NCBI GenBank assembly: GCA_040954595.2
Contig: CM082593.2
Span: 6,208,172-6,272,171, forward strand
Source of the DNA: Balanoglossus misakiensis
Taxonomy: Eukaryota > Animalia > Hemichordata
Direction of reading: 5' to 3'
DNA: 64,000 nucleotides
Positions 24,701 to 36,707 of the stretch are shown here, piece by piece. The position numbers and the translations under genes were made by a program. The first letter of the stretch is position 1. The number at the start of each line of letters is the position of its first letter. Below the pieces are notes generated by a model. The model saw only the letters and a program-made list of their open reading frames with translations. It was not told the DNA's origin and did no database searches.

Positions 24701-27700
24701 CTGAGATCCATGGGCTGGACTACCAGGATCAGAGCAATCAGCTGAAAGATATAAAAAAAAATTGTTCACATGAACCCACACTGCATGTATTAAATGGGCA
24801 ATACAATTAACCAGCTCAGAAATCAATTGATACCCTACTTGCAAAACCTGAAGATTTTTTGATAGCTTATTACATTGACAGTTCCACTAATGTGCATTAT
24901 TCATAACCTTGTAGGCTGTACTGATTGGAACCATAGACCCAGTGGAGAAAAAGGGTCTATGTTGGAACATACCATGTTTAGAATTGATATTTATCAATCA
25001 CTTACCAATACACTGTGGTAAGGGCAGTGACCAGGTGCTATCAGACCGACAGGTGGACACAGGTGCACCAATCAGACTGTAATTCGGGTCACAGCTGAAT
25101 GTAATCTGAGACCCAACAATCGCTGGGAAATTTGAAAATCCGCTGACCATATCAACATCACCATTTGTCAAATCACCAGGGTCAGGACAGCCTGTGGCAA
25201 AAAAATATGTTTGAAGCTATGACTCATAAATGGTATAGTTGATCAGTTTTGTATCACAATGTACATTGTAACTAAAAATTTGTTTGCGGGCAGCTCTGGA
25301 CAAAGTATCATGATTAGGCAGATATTTCAGCAGGGCGCATATATGAGCTATAACACTGTACATGCAAAAGGTATTTTGTCAGCTGGATATCTGTACTATT
25401 AGTACATATTTGGTCAGGGTATACTGGACTATGAGGTATATGTGTCGATATACATGTAATGTAGGCAGTGTAGTCCATTAAAGCCCTGGGTAAACTTTAC
25501 CCATTACTTTCAACTTTTCTTTAAGGCAAATATACTGGGATAAACTTGTAACTATACTTCACCTGGGTGTAGTGTTGTCGTGCTGATTGGCTGCACTGTT
25601 GTCGGGACGTAGTCCACAGAAACGCACTCAGGATGCGATCCGGTGGAGAACAGAAAAGTCATCTGGCAGTCGATGGGCCATTCGATTCCTATCGCGCCCA
25701 ACATCGGCTGGCAGTCGTCGCGCACGCGCTCACACAGCGACTGGCAGGGTGGCACCACGCCCCGGTCGCCGCACTTGGGCAGGTACAGAGAGCAGACCAG
25801 CAACTGGAAGTGGTCGGAGCAGCCCAGGTTGACGAACGTCTGAAAGGAGTCGAGCGCCGACGCGACCTCGCTCTGCGTCTGGTGACCGATGGTGTTCGGG
25901 AGGCTGGTTCCGTTGTACAAATCTTGGCACATCGCCACGGAGACGGGTTCGCAGAGGTCACCCGGTGCTGACGATGGAACACAAAGTGGGCATCGTTATT
26001 TATTTGTAAACATGACAACATCTTAATTCACCTAAAAGTGTTTTGATATAAACATACATGTATAAGATTCTTTTCACCCAGTCTAAGTATTGGCAATGGA
26101 ATGTGACCAGAAACCTGAATGTCTGCCCGATAAAATCAGAGTATGATAAATTGTGAAATAAAATTATTAGTAGATTAGATTAGCCAATTCAAATAACCTT
26201 ACGTGGAGCATGATCTTCTGAAACACAGTTGGGAGAAGAGTCTGGGCTGAAAAGCAATGTTATCTCACAATCCATGGGCCATGGCAATCCAAACCCATCT
26301 AGCACTGGTTTGCAGTCATCGCGTACATGTTCGCACAAGGACTGGCATGGCAGTATGACGCCACTATCATCGCACTTGGGCAGGTACATTGCACAAACCA
26401 GCAACGAAAAATACTCGGAGCAACCAATCGCGATGAATGGTTCAAAGCTTTCTAGCGCTGATGAAACTTCACTCTGGTTTTGGTGGCCGACCATATTAGG
26501 CAGTCTTGTCCCGTCGTAGAAATCTCGACACATCTCCACGGTGACCGCTTCGCACTGGGAGCTTCCTCCTCCTCCTCCTCCATCTTCACCGGGTCCCGGT
26601 GGACCGACGCAAACGTCGCCGTCCTCGGAGCTGGGGAAGTTGGAGCAGCTGAGGAACGGCGGCCATTCAACATTGATCTGCGTCAGCATTGAATTGCATC
26701 CGTCGTAGGCAGACTGACACACTGACCTGCACGGCGGTACGATGCCGTCTGCCCCGCACTTTGGATGGACCACGGAACACAAAAACAGAGGCAGATACTC
26801 AGAGCACTGTACCTGCATAACGAGCGCCATCTCACCCAGGGTGCTTTCAGCCGACGCCTGGTCACTGTCGAAAAAGTAATTGGGGTACGTAGTCTGATTA
26901 TACGGGAGGTGAGATCGACATGTTTCGCTTGTAAGCAGTTCACAGCTTGCGGGTGCACCCGGAGTAGTTTCAACAACGCCAGCATTTGGAGTTGTTGCTG
27001 GCGTGAATGTTGTCAGACTCAACTCAACACTGGCAGGTTGGGCTGTTTCAGCCACCGTGGCTGGTGCAGCTGTGGTAATGTCAGAAGCGACTGTCGTCGT
27101 CTCCTCGGTAACAAACTCGATACACTCGTGTTGCGGGAAGGACGAGCAGTTCAGGTTCTCCGGCCACTCAGCGCCGTACCAATTCACCAACGCGATGCAG
27201 TCCTCGTACACCAATTCACAGGCCGACCGGCACGGAAACCGCACGCCGTCCGAGTCGCAGTACGGGTGGTAGACCCCGCAGACAAACTGACCGATATACG
27301 GCGAGCACTCGTACTGGATAAACGACGAAAAGTAAGTCAGTTCGAGATTAGCATCCTCGTGGTTTTGGTGTCCAATGAAGTTAGGGTACTGTGTGCGGGT
27401 GTAGTTCACGTGATCTGCACACAGAGAACTCCGCAACACCTGACAGCCCGACGGTGATGTCACATCCTGTCCTGTGAATCATGGGAAGAACGATATATAT
27501 CAAATCATAACACCTCTTATTTAGCCTCACAAAAGGGCACTGTGCATACTGTGTTGTGATTTGCTAGAATGAGCCACGTGATAGGAAATCAGAATGACTA
27601 TTTCCCTAGGGGAATAGTTACAGGATCTACTACCCTGTAACACATAGGCCTGGCCTATTTTCAAGCTAGAGCACCTGTATATGCATTTTAATTTGGCTCT

Positions 27701-27914
27701 TGGTATAATGGATAGTGATATCTAGAATACATAAAACAGATTTAGTGCATTATATTTGCTCTGAATTCAGGCACATTCAAACTTGTTATCCTTCATCACC
27801 AGGTGTATTTCATATCAAACAAAATGTACAGTACTTACCACCACTGAGACAGACCAAGCCGAGAAAAGGAAGAATAAAAGTAACCAGGACAGCAAATCTT
27901 CTTGTACAGATCAT
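21712..27914 (-). CDS. Type I membrane protein: signal peptide - 4x Frizzled CRD - 2x Sushi/CCP - Frizzled CRD - EGF (ErbB-ligand type) - TM - cytoplasmic tail with two NPxY (~1102 aa)
   Basis: Exons: 27914-27839 (MICTRRFAVLVTFILPFLGLVCLSG), 27471-26203 (FZ1-3), 25967-25563 (FZ4), 25191-25006 (CCP1), 24741-24571 (CCP2), 24308-23880 (FZ5), 23618-23426 and 23171-23101 (EGF), 22808-22709 (TM LAIGIGIAIACLVVLAIIIVLIIIC), 22453-22327 (FTNPAY), 21993-21712 (IDNPSY, TAA). All are GT-AG, phases join, total 3309 nt. The FZ cysteine pattern (C..C..YPN..GH..C..C..P.C..PCRS.C..C..WP..C..C) occurs five times. Confidence 0.9.
22903..22993 (-). mobile_element. ~90-bp piggyBac-type MITE copy (reverse orientation)
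   Basis: cctttcacccccatttccctgtagggaggtccaacctt..accaaaccattctggtgaaagggtt is the reverse complement of the family consensus. Confidence 0.75.
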
Positions 27915-28932
27915 CGTAAATATTGCACATGACTGTAGAGAAACAAAATCAGACAAAAGTGGTAGAATTAGCATTTATTTTCTCTGTTTATTTCCCATTA
28001 TTTCCTTATCATTCAAGTCCACTTGTTTGTTGACAGTACAGAGTTCGTTATAAGTTGCCAAGTTGCATAGTGATTCACATATATGTATTTCATGCCCAGG
28101 GCTCCCACCACTGGGACTATACCAAAGTTGCCGTATCAAAGGTCATGGCCCCAGTGATTAGCTATCACAGTTAGAGGTAATTCACACATGATTAGAAGGT
28201 AAGCTCAAAGCCAAACTACCAGGAAGATAACTGTTTATATTTATTTATCAGATTACGTTGGCATCTGGGCCCATGGCCATGCACAGCCAGACCCAGAAGA
28301 TTATAAGATCATTGGGCCTTCCCTTACTGTGGCATGTACTGCTGTCCCACATCTAGATTGTGTCTTCAGAACACTGACAGGACCATTTGTCCCGTTGTTA
28401 TCAATTACTTTCTGAACTCTGACTTTGAATGTTTCATCCGACATTTGCACTTATCTGTGCTACGCTATTGGTCGAACTATGTGATGATGTAGGTGATTCA
28501 ATGTTTGGTGACAGTTTTGCTGACAAAATAGTCTACTCTGTACCTAGTATCATATATCATCAAGAGGTTTTTTTCTTAAGTGAATCAGTTCTTCCCTAGT
28601 GTGGCTACAAAATTAAAGAAACTGTTGATTTAACTTTTACTTTCATGGTAATCTTGTGCAGAGAAGGTTTCCGCATATCACATGGACAACCAGGATATCT
28701 AATGACACATTCTGCGTCCATCGTGCATAAAATCAATCATAACCTCAGTTCAAATGAGTGCACCAACACCACTAACTTTGATCTGCACACATTATGGCTC
28801 GCTGCACGCCAAACATTGAGGTCAGCATATATTTATAGTATCAGAATAACAAAATATTGGGTTACATCTTCGGGGTGACTGGATGACATCATGCAGTTAG
28901 GCAAAAGGCCAATGCAAGTATAAGTGTAGTAG

Positions 28933-28994
28933 TCTAGAATCCAGTCTGGTGTGTGTGAAGCATAGCGAAAAAACAAACAAGTCTGGATTCTAGA
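28933..28994. repeat. Short inverted repeat (12-bp arms)
   Basis: TCTAGAATCCAG ... CTGGATTCTAGA. Confidence 0.7.
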
Positions 28995-29178
28995 TTAATG
29001 TGTACACTGAGAATGACAGGTCTGTGTTACTGTTACACTGCAACAGAATTGTTTTCCCGAGAAAGGCAAGAGTCTTTGTTTCGAGGTTCACAATGTTTAT
29101 TCACTGTCTTTAGTTTATCATGATGGTCTCATTCTAAACAAGACACAATGTTTGTACGCAGGGACTAAAGTCTTAAAG

Positions 29179-29233
29179 TTTAACAACTCCAGCTCGATCA
29201 AAGCATTAAACTTTTAACAACTCCAGCTCGATC
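29179..29233. repeat. Direct repeat of a ~21-bp motif
   Basis: tttaacaactccagctcgatc occurs twice, ~34 bp apart. Confidence 0.7.
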
Positions 29234-29806
29234 TCATTCGGCTTGTGAAGTAAAAAATAAAATACTTTTGTTGGCATAGAAATGACATCACAAGCAACCA
29301 CTATGGCAAGTTTTATGTACAGTAGTTGGGCATTGCTGTGGGTAAGAAAAAACAAGTGGAGTCATTCGTCAAGGCTCTTGTAAACTTGAAAATCACAGCT
29401 GGACATGTGAGTGAAACCACCGGCTTCATTGGGCTTTGGCCAACACCCTTCAAGTCATGGCTTTTCTATAAACTATCTGTAAGCTGATACAGCTTGCCGA
29501 CTTCTAGACACTGACAGAAAATACAAACATACAATCTGTTCACGAAAGTTAATTACTTCTTCTAGGAAGTATAAACTTTTCTGTACACACTATGAACTGT
29601 CTCTTTTTAAGATTGATTTGTTCGAACCACCGACATTCTTCCAGATCACATTCTTCATTTCTCACACTGCAATTAAACGGTTTTATGAGATCAGAGGTCA
29701 TCATCTGGGGACCAGAATGGCACTATGGGGATTTTACATTACTGCCTGAGTCATATTTGTACAACACGCTTGAAGTCTGACTCGGTCTGACTATTAAACC
29801 TTGACA

Positions 29807-29873
29807 TGCCTACTTTCATATACTTTTTCAGTAGTACATGTATAACTACTGAATAAGTATATGAAAGTAGGCA
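29807..29873. repeat. Near-perfect 67-bp palindrome
   Basis: TGCCTACTTTCATATACTT-tt-TCAGTAGT ... ACTACTGA-at-AAGTATATGAAAGTAGGCA. Confidence 0.85.
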
Positions 29874-30646
29874 CTGCATAGTTTTATAATATACTTTTAT
29901 AAGGAAACAGGAAGTTTTTGTACGTTATCAACTTTATCACTGTGTGTGGTAAATCGATCCCACACTCTCACTCACTCGACACCGTTATATGACACGACCG
30001 CTGATTGGGTGATATTTAGCCAGGGCGAACTGTTATCCAATGGCGCGATGTGTAATAACGTCACGGACAGAAACCAGAACTTGCCACATGCAGACGACAA
30101 ATTATGTCCATTTCATATTATGGAAATCAATTTATTCAAGGTTTGTTGGTTTCTGTTGCGAAATTAACAAATTTGGTGGTCATATGAGAAACAGAATATC
30201 GAAACCTAGGCAACTGTACACTTGACCAAACACCCATCTCAGTATGTGGTGGTTGGGAATGAACAAATATCAGTGAGTGGTCGGGTTACATTATTGATTA
30301 TACTTGTGCAGTATAACATTGAAATAACATAAACAATCTCACGATCATAGTCACTGATCATAACTTTAGTTCGCCCGGCGTACAAGTGGGGATGGGGACA
30401 TATAGAAGAAATCTGGCCGGACGCTCAGTGGTTACAATCTTGACGCCTAGAATTCCTATCGGATACGATCATTTCCAACAAGGTTATTACGAGACCGGAT
30501 TGACACACACAAAAACCACCCACACATACATACGATCAGATCATCAGATCATTCAAAACTTAGCCCGATTCTTTCTGATGCCAAGGCGTTTTGAATGACT
30601 GACTATGGTGTGTATGTGTGTGTATTAAAAATCAAAGGCAACTTAC

Positions 30647-31087
30647 ACAAGTGTCGGATAAAATCCCCGATCGTCCTACACCCGATGATGAACTTGGTAA
30701 CGTGTGACTATGTACGTTGATGTCAGGGTCGATCACATCTTATCAAGGCAAAAAGCAACGCCCTGCCCAGCCGCCTACACCACGAATGACTTGAAGGAGC
30801 GAAAGTGTTTTGGATTTGGGCGAAACCAATATATATACTGTCAATGTTGCCATTTCTTGTCATGTGAGAGCTTGTCAGGTTAAAAATCATTCACATATGT
30901 AATGTACATATTAAAATAATGCAATGTACATGAAAGTAATGGACTAAAGCCTCCGAATTGCGAAGAAATGTAGCAACGACCCGCTTTCAACCCGTCCTCC
31001 CTCTAAAGAATATTGACACGTCCAAAAGGTCACAGAGTGTCATGGCGGTCGTTGTGCGTTTCGTATGACGTGAGGCCGGTTCCCGGG
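30647..31087. promoter_or_regulatory. Putative bidirectional promoter with non-coding first exons of the FZ-EGF gene (-) and PPM1K (+)
   Basis: Minus-strand GTAAGT donor at ~30646 and plus-strand GG|GTAAG donor at ~31087 face away from each other. The interval is CpG-richer and holds a CCAAT (~30826) and a TGACGT CRE-like site (~31066). Both genes' ATG exons start with an AG acceptor, so each needs an upstream UTR exon. Confidence 0.45.
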
Positions 31088-31808
31088 TAAGTTTACACGA
31101 TAAAATGGGTTGTTTTCGCAGTTTTTTTTCGTGGTTGATTGCAATAAGGATGTGTGCTTAACAATTTTAGCGGGGTTCCTCTTGTATCAACCGCGGAGCT
31201 ACTCCGTGGATCAAGAGCCAACTGTGCAGACGTGTCTGGTTTGAAATTTGTGTTCTATCTACCCGATACGATGTGACCTGTGTACCTGCTCGCGCTAGGA
31301 TCAATACTACACGTAGATTTTGACCCCATTGCCATATTAAAGGACCTCGGTGGTAAAACCACAGGCTCTGGACTGATTACCACACTCCACAACTGTGGGT
31401 GGTCGGACTACATGTCAATTTCTTGTTGTCAATGTTGACAAACATTCACACCTAAACAGTTGTCAATTTCAAACTTAGTGCTATCTCTCCTCTGGTACTG
31501 TCCATTGTTATGTTTATGCTTGTAAACACCTTGGACTTTGTTGCTAAAACTTAGTCTGTGCATTTTTCTGCATAATACATTATATGCTTATTGCTAAGAG
31601 TGAGAACAGACCTTGAGAAAAAGGATGTTTTCAATTGGATGACCTTGAGTGACCGTGACTTGAGTAACCAATTGAATCGGATTTTAACTACCTAAAACAC
31701 CGGTGAAAAGCTGTCACTTGGTTTCATTTTTTTATTTCCAGAAATAAGAACTTCGCCTGCTGAGCATCCGCAGCAATCACCAGATGCCAGTCTCCTCATC
31801 ACAGGGAC

Positions 31809-33620
31809 ATGTTTAGCAGAAATCTGATTTCATCATCAGCCAAGATTGTGAGCGGTGCAACTTGGTGCGCAGGTCCGAACGTTGTTGCGGTCGGTTTGCC
31901 GAAATCCGCTGGACCATGTGTGGTGTCAGTTCGATGCTACGCGCAGAAAAAGGAGAAAAAGCAGCAGATACGTAACAGACGCGGCGTCAACTTCGACACG
32001 TTCGGAACATGGGACAACCGAATAGATCTCCCCATCTTACTCGACGAGAGCATCGCACACGGCAAACCCATCCCCAAAGTCTCGCTGGAGCACGTTGGCC
32101 ACGCCTCGCTGATCGGGCGGAGACAGGCCAACGAGGACAGGATTTGCATCAAAGAACTGGTTCCCAATCTGTTGTACTTTGCCATATTTGACGGACACGC
32201 CGGATCTGTTACCGCCGACTATGCCTCGGTTCATCTTGAAAAACACATCAAATACTGGCTGGATCAAGAAGCTGACTTGGAAGTTGTGTTAAAACAGTCA
32301 TTCGTCGACCTTAACAACACATTTTCAAGACACATGCATTATCAATATGCAAGTATGTATATTTCAATCACTTACCAAGTTCTCAGTTGATCGAATAAAA
32401 TCTCATTGCCTTACAAAAAAATAAGACTTATTGTATTGGACATAAACTTTCGAGTAGTTTCCAAGACTAAATGATGGTGAAAATATTCTTGTTTAAATGC
32501 AATAAATAACTACTTGATGTGATAGCACAAAATCCAAGCTTGTCTGACCTCATTTTAGGGGACAGTCTCAGGGCAGCAGCCCATATTGACAAAATTGTGC
32601 CACTGACCCTTGACCTTTACCTTGTCGACAGATTATGAGCACTACGTGACAGGATCGACAGCCACAGTGTGTTTGCTGCGTAACAGCATCAAATTAGTCG
32701 TCGCGAGTGTAGGCGACAGCCGTGCAATATTATGTCGTGAGGGGGTCGCCAAGCGACTGACCAAAGACCACCAACCTGAGGACCCGGACGAAGCCTCTAG
32801 AATCAAAGAAAGCAAGGGATTTATCAGGTAAGTGAAATAATTCACTAGTACACGCAATGTCCCATCCAGGATGGGTACCTGTCCTGATACCATTCCAGAC
32901 TTAAGTGGAGTGAGAAACTACTGCATGTTTCTTGTTTTAGTGTAAGAATGATAGTGTCACTGTCATATTTAATGATTTTGTTTTGTAACTTTCAGCTGGA
33001 ATAGTCTTGGGACAGCGTTGGTGAATGGTTCACTGACTATGACAAGAAGTTTTGGTGATTTGCCATTGAAGCGATTCGGGGTCACTTCAGAACCGGAAAC
33101 TCAGTCACTAGAGGTTAGTAAGAGTTACTATGGTTACATGATTAACTGGCTGTAGCAGTTACATTTTGTTGATCCATGTTAATTAGAGAGAATTTCCTTT
33201 GTCATTTGCAGTTATACTGAGAGCTGCATGCAAATTGGAAATTTGGTTGTTGCACGTGCCACGGTGTGACAAATCAACTTGTAAAATGTTTGACAGGGAA
33301 TGATTTACTATGGTAATCTTTTTGTGATGTGCTAAACCGTATCTGAAACATTGTCCCTGCAGATCAAACACAGCCGCGACAGCTTCGTGGTGTTGACAAC
33401 GGACGGGGTGAACTTCGTCATGAACGACCAGGAGCTCTGCAACACAGTGAGCCAGGCGAACGACCCGTCGGAGGCCGCCCACCGACTCGCCGACCAGGCC
33501 CTGCAGTACGGAAGCGACGACAATGCCAGCACCCTGGTGATCCCGCTGGGGATGTGGGGGAAATTCCGGAATCCCTCAACGTACAGTTTTACGAGGAATA
33601 TGATCGGCAATCGATACTGA
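31809..33620 (+). CDS. PPM1K: Mitochondrial protein phosphatase 1K (PP2Cm), ~371 aa, 4 coding exons
   Basis: Exons 31809-32352, 32632-32827, 32996-33113, 33363-33620. [30 protein letters not shown] matches the PPM1K N-terminal signature. PP2C motifs [36 protein letters not shown]. Basic, acid-poor presequence. Confidence 0.93.
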
Positions 33621-34679
33621 GGTCGCCGCAGAAAGGCGGCTGATTGGTGTCGCAAAATTTACAAGATCGTAGCTGATTATTGAGATTTTATACCAAAGTG
33701 GGCATTATCCCTGTCAAAAATCATTTTTGGACTTTGAGTCCAAGAGTCAGTTTCTCACTAGATGTATTCCACAACATTGAGGATTCCATCATTGACATAG
33801 AGGGCACACTCAAAGATACGTACCACAGCTCTTATGAATCACCTTGCCGGTTAGCCAAATAGCACGTTATATTCCTTGTGTTATCCAAACTTCAATTTCT
33901 CTCTGAGAACTTTTCAGTTTTATGCCCAATCCAACTCACTCTGACATGTCACACAAGTGAATATTATAACTATGGCTAAAATGATTCAAAAAACTTTTGC
34001 CGTTTTTAAAAAACAACCCAAGTAGAGGTAGAAAGAAATTGCAAATCTGACATGCAACTCAAAAAAAAAACTCTATTCAAATTTTCCTGTTATCTGTCAC
34101 GTTACAATTGAAATGATGTTTTCTCTTGTCATCATTCATTTACAGTTCTCTGTATTGTTATTGCTGTTTATATTGTGTAGTTTGAAAATACTGAAATATT
34201 GATGCGGTGACAATATTTTAGCTTTGGTGACTTCTCCAAACAATATAGGTGAGAAACGTTGATGAAAGACTGATGCAGAAACAAAGGGCATAGCTACATA
34301 TGGCATTGAACATGAATAAAATCTGTCAGTGCAACATGCATGTTAGTACAGCATTCTTCATGTTCAAGCACAGGATTGCTGTTGTGTGTGGAAACATCCA
34401 GTCATGTAACAGGCATTTCAGACATCGCACCGTTCTTTATCAGGTGATTGCCCTATAAAAAATCTGTTGTCACGTTAAATCATAATGTACCAACGACTGT
34501 CCAGTGCATTGTACAAATGCACGCCACAAAGTTCCAGACCTTATTACAATCACACCATTGTAAACACCAGGGATAAGGTTTAAAGCAGTGGTTTTTAAGT
34601 TGAAGCAGATTTGAAGACTTTAATATGTTATTTGCAAGAAATTTGCCAATTAAAGGTAATTATAAAAAAATCGCGTCAA

Positions 34680-36707
34680 GGACACGGTGGTCCCATTGAA
34701 TTATTACACAAGAAAAAGTCTACACCGAAGTACATGGCCATATACAGACACACACACACACACACACACATAGCGAGAGGTCAATGGGCAAACACTGACT
34801 GACCAATGGCATATGTACTGTATATACACTAAATAGAACAGCTGGCCTCTTTAAAACTTAGCCAGTTATGTAATCATTCAGGAATTTGCTGTGTTTATAT
34901 GAATCACAGAGGGGAGTTCCTGCCTAATTAAAACAACTCAATAAAGTAAATACACACTACTTTGCAAAGCAATCTGACCAGTAGTTCTTGAGTTACTGAG
35001 TTTTGACCAAATTCACATTTTTCCAGTCATTTGCATATTTTTGGCAATGACAACTTCATTTGAACAAACTCCTATCTACAGCCCAGCCTGCATCAGCGCA
35101 CTGAATATCAAGGTGATACACGCAGCGGTTTTCAAGTTTTTGATGTGGACGGACATACATCCATCCATGCATACATACAGACGCAACCGAAGGTCCCATG
35201 GTACATACCAATGGGACCCAACAACAATCTAACATCGGACTGTCGACACAGAAATCTGATGGGACGATGAATGCCAAGATGAACTGTATAGCTCTCAAAT
35301 CACAGCAAAAGAAGGCAATACAAAAGCTCGGGGAACATGTTGCGCTGACCTGCGTTAACAGATCCCGTGAGGAGTACGGTGCCCAGAGCGCTAACACATC
35401 CCCAAACTCCCGCGACCTCTTTTGCACACAACAATACAATGGCGGACTCGCGCGAGCCTCTCACAAACATAAACATCCCTGTGTCTACAAAATGAACACT
35501 GTATAGCTCTCAAATCACAGCAAAAGAAGGCAATACAAAAGCTTGGGGTGTGTTGCACTGACCTGCGTTAACAGATCCCGTGAGGAGTACGGTGCCCAGA
35601 GCGCTAACACATCCCCAAACTCCCATGACCTCTTTTGCACACAACAATTCAATGGCGGACTCGCGCGAGCCTCTCACAAACATAAACATCCCTGTCTCTA
35701 CAAAATGAACACTGTACAGCTCTCAAATCACAGCAAAAGAAGGCAATACAAAAGCTCGGGGAACATGTTGCACTGACCTGCGTTAACAGATCCCGTGAGG
35801 AGTACGGTGCCCAGAGCGCTAACACATCCCCAAACTCCCGTGACCTCTTTTGCACACAACAATACAATGGCGGACTCGCGCGAGCCTCTCACAAACATAA
35901 ACATCCCTGTGTCTACAAAATGAACACTGTACAGCTCTCAATTCACAGCAAAAGAAGGCAATACAAAAGCTCGGGGAACATGTTGCACTGACCTGCGTTA
36001 ACAGATCCCGTGAGGAGTACGGTGCCCAGAGTGCTAACACATCCCCAATACGAACTCATGGACACAAACTATTTATATTTCTAGGTCCAAAACTTTAACT
36101 ACAGTGAGACAAAACTGTTAGGCTTTTCTCATATTTAAATCAAGTATTGAAATGCAAAGTAAAGTGTTAAAATGCAAATTAAGACTGACTGGAGTGGTTC
36201 TTCTTTTCTCCAATGAAGTTCAACTTTGCTCAATGGGCAAACACTGACTGACCCATAAGCTGCCAATGGCATATGTACTGTACATACACTAAATAGAACA
36301 GCTGGCCTCTTTAAAACTTAGCCAGTTATGTAATCATTCAGGAATTTGCTGTGTTTATATGAATCACAGATGGGAGTTCCTGCCTAATTAAAACAACTCA
36401 ATAAAGTAAATACACACCACTTTGCAAAGCAATCTGACCAGTAGTTCTTGAGTTACTGAGTTTTGACCAAATTAACATTTTTCCAGCTAATTTGCATATT
36501 TTAGGCAATGACAACTTCATTTGAACAAACTCCCATCTACAGCTCAGCCTGCATCAGCACACCAAATCTCAAGGTGATACACACAGCGGTTTTCAAGTTT
36601 TTGTTGTGGACGGACATACAGACATACATCCATACATACATACATACATACATACAGACGCAACCAATCCCATAAGGTCCCATGGTACATACCAATGGGA
36701 CCCAAAA
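34680..36707 (+). mobile_element. Composite non-autonomous Helentron/HINE-like element: two ~440-475 bp direct copies around a tandem array
   Basis: 34781-35221 and 36230-36704 are near-identical. Each ends in a (CATA)n microsatellite, then a hairpin GGTCCCAT..ATGGGACC, then an A-rich stretch. A 10-bp GGTCCCATTG at 34689-34698 is the inverse of CAATGGGACC in the hairpins. Confidence 0.6.
35283..36047. repeat. Tandem array of a ~215-bp unit, ~3.6 copies
   Basis: Units start at 35283, 35498, 35711 and 35926 (actgtaYagctctcaaatcacagcaaaagaaggc...). They are nearly identical; unit 2 has a 2-bp deletion. Confidence 0.95.

Noticed and set aside
21712-27914. Corin, MFRP or Frizzled receptor identity
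   Set aside because: There are no LDLa, CUB, protease or 7TM domains, and the topology is type I with a single TM.
35283-36047. CRISPR-like array or repeated coding ORFs (35056-36040)
   Set aside because: The units are ~215 bp with no unique spacers and the context is eukaryotic. The ORFs are by-products of the repeat.
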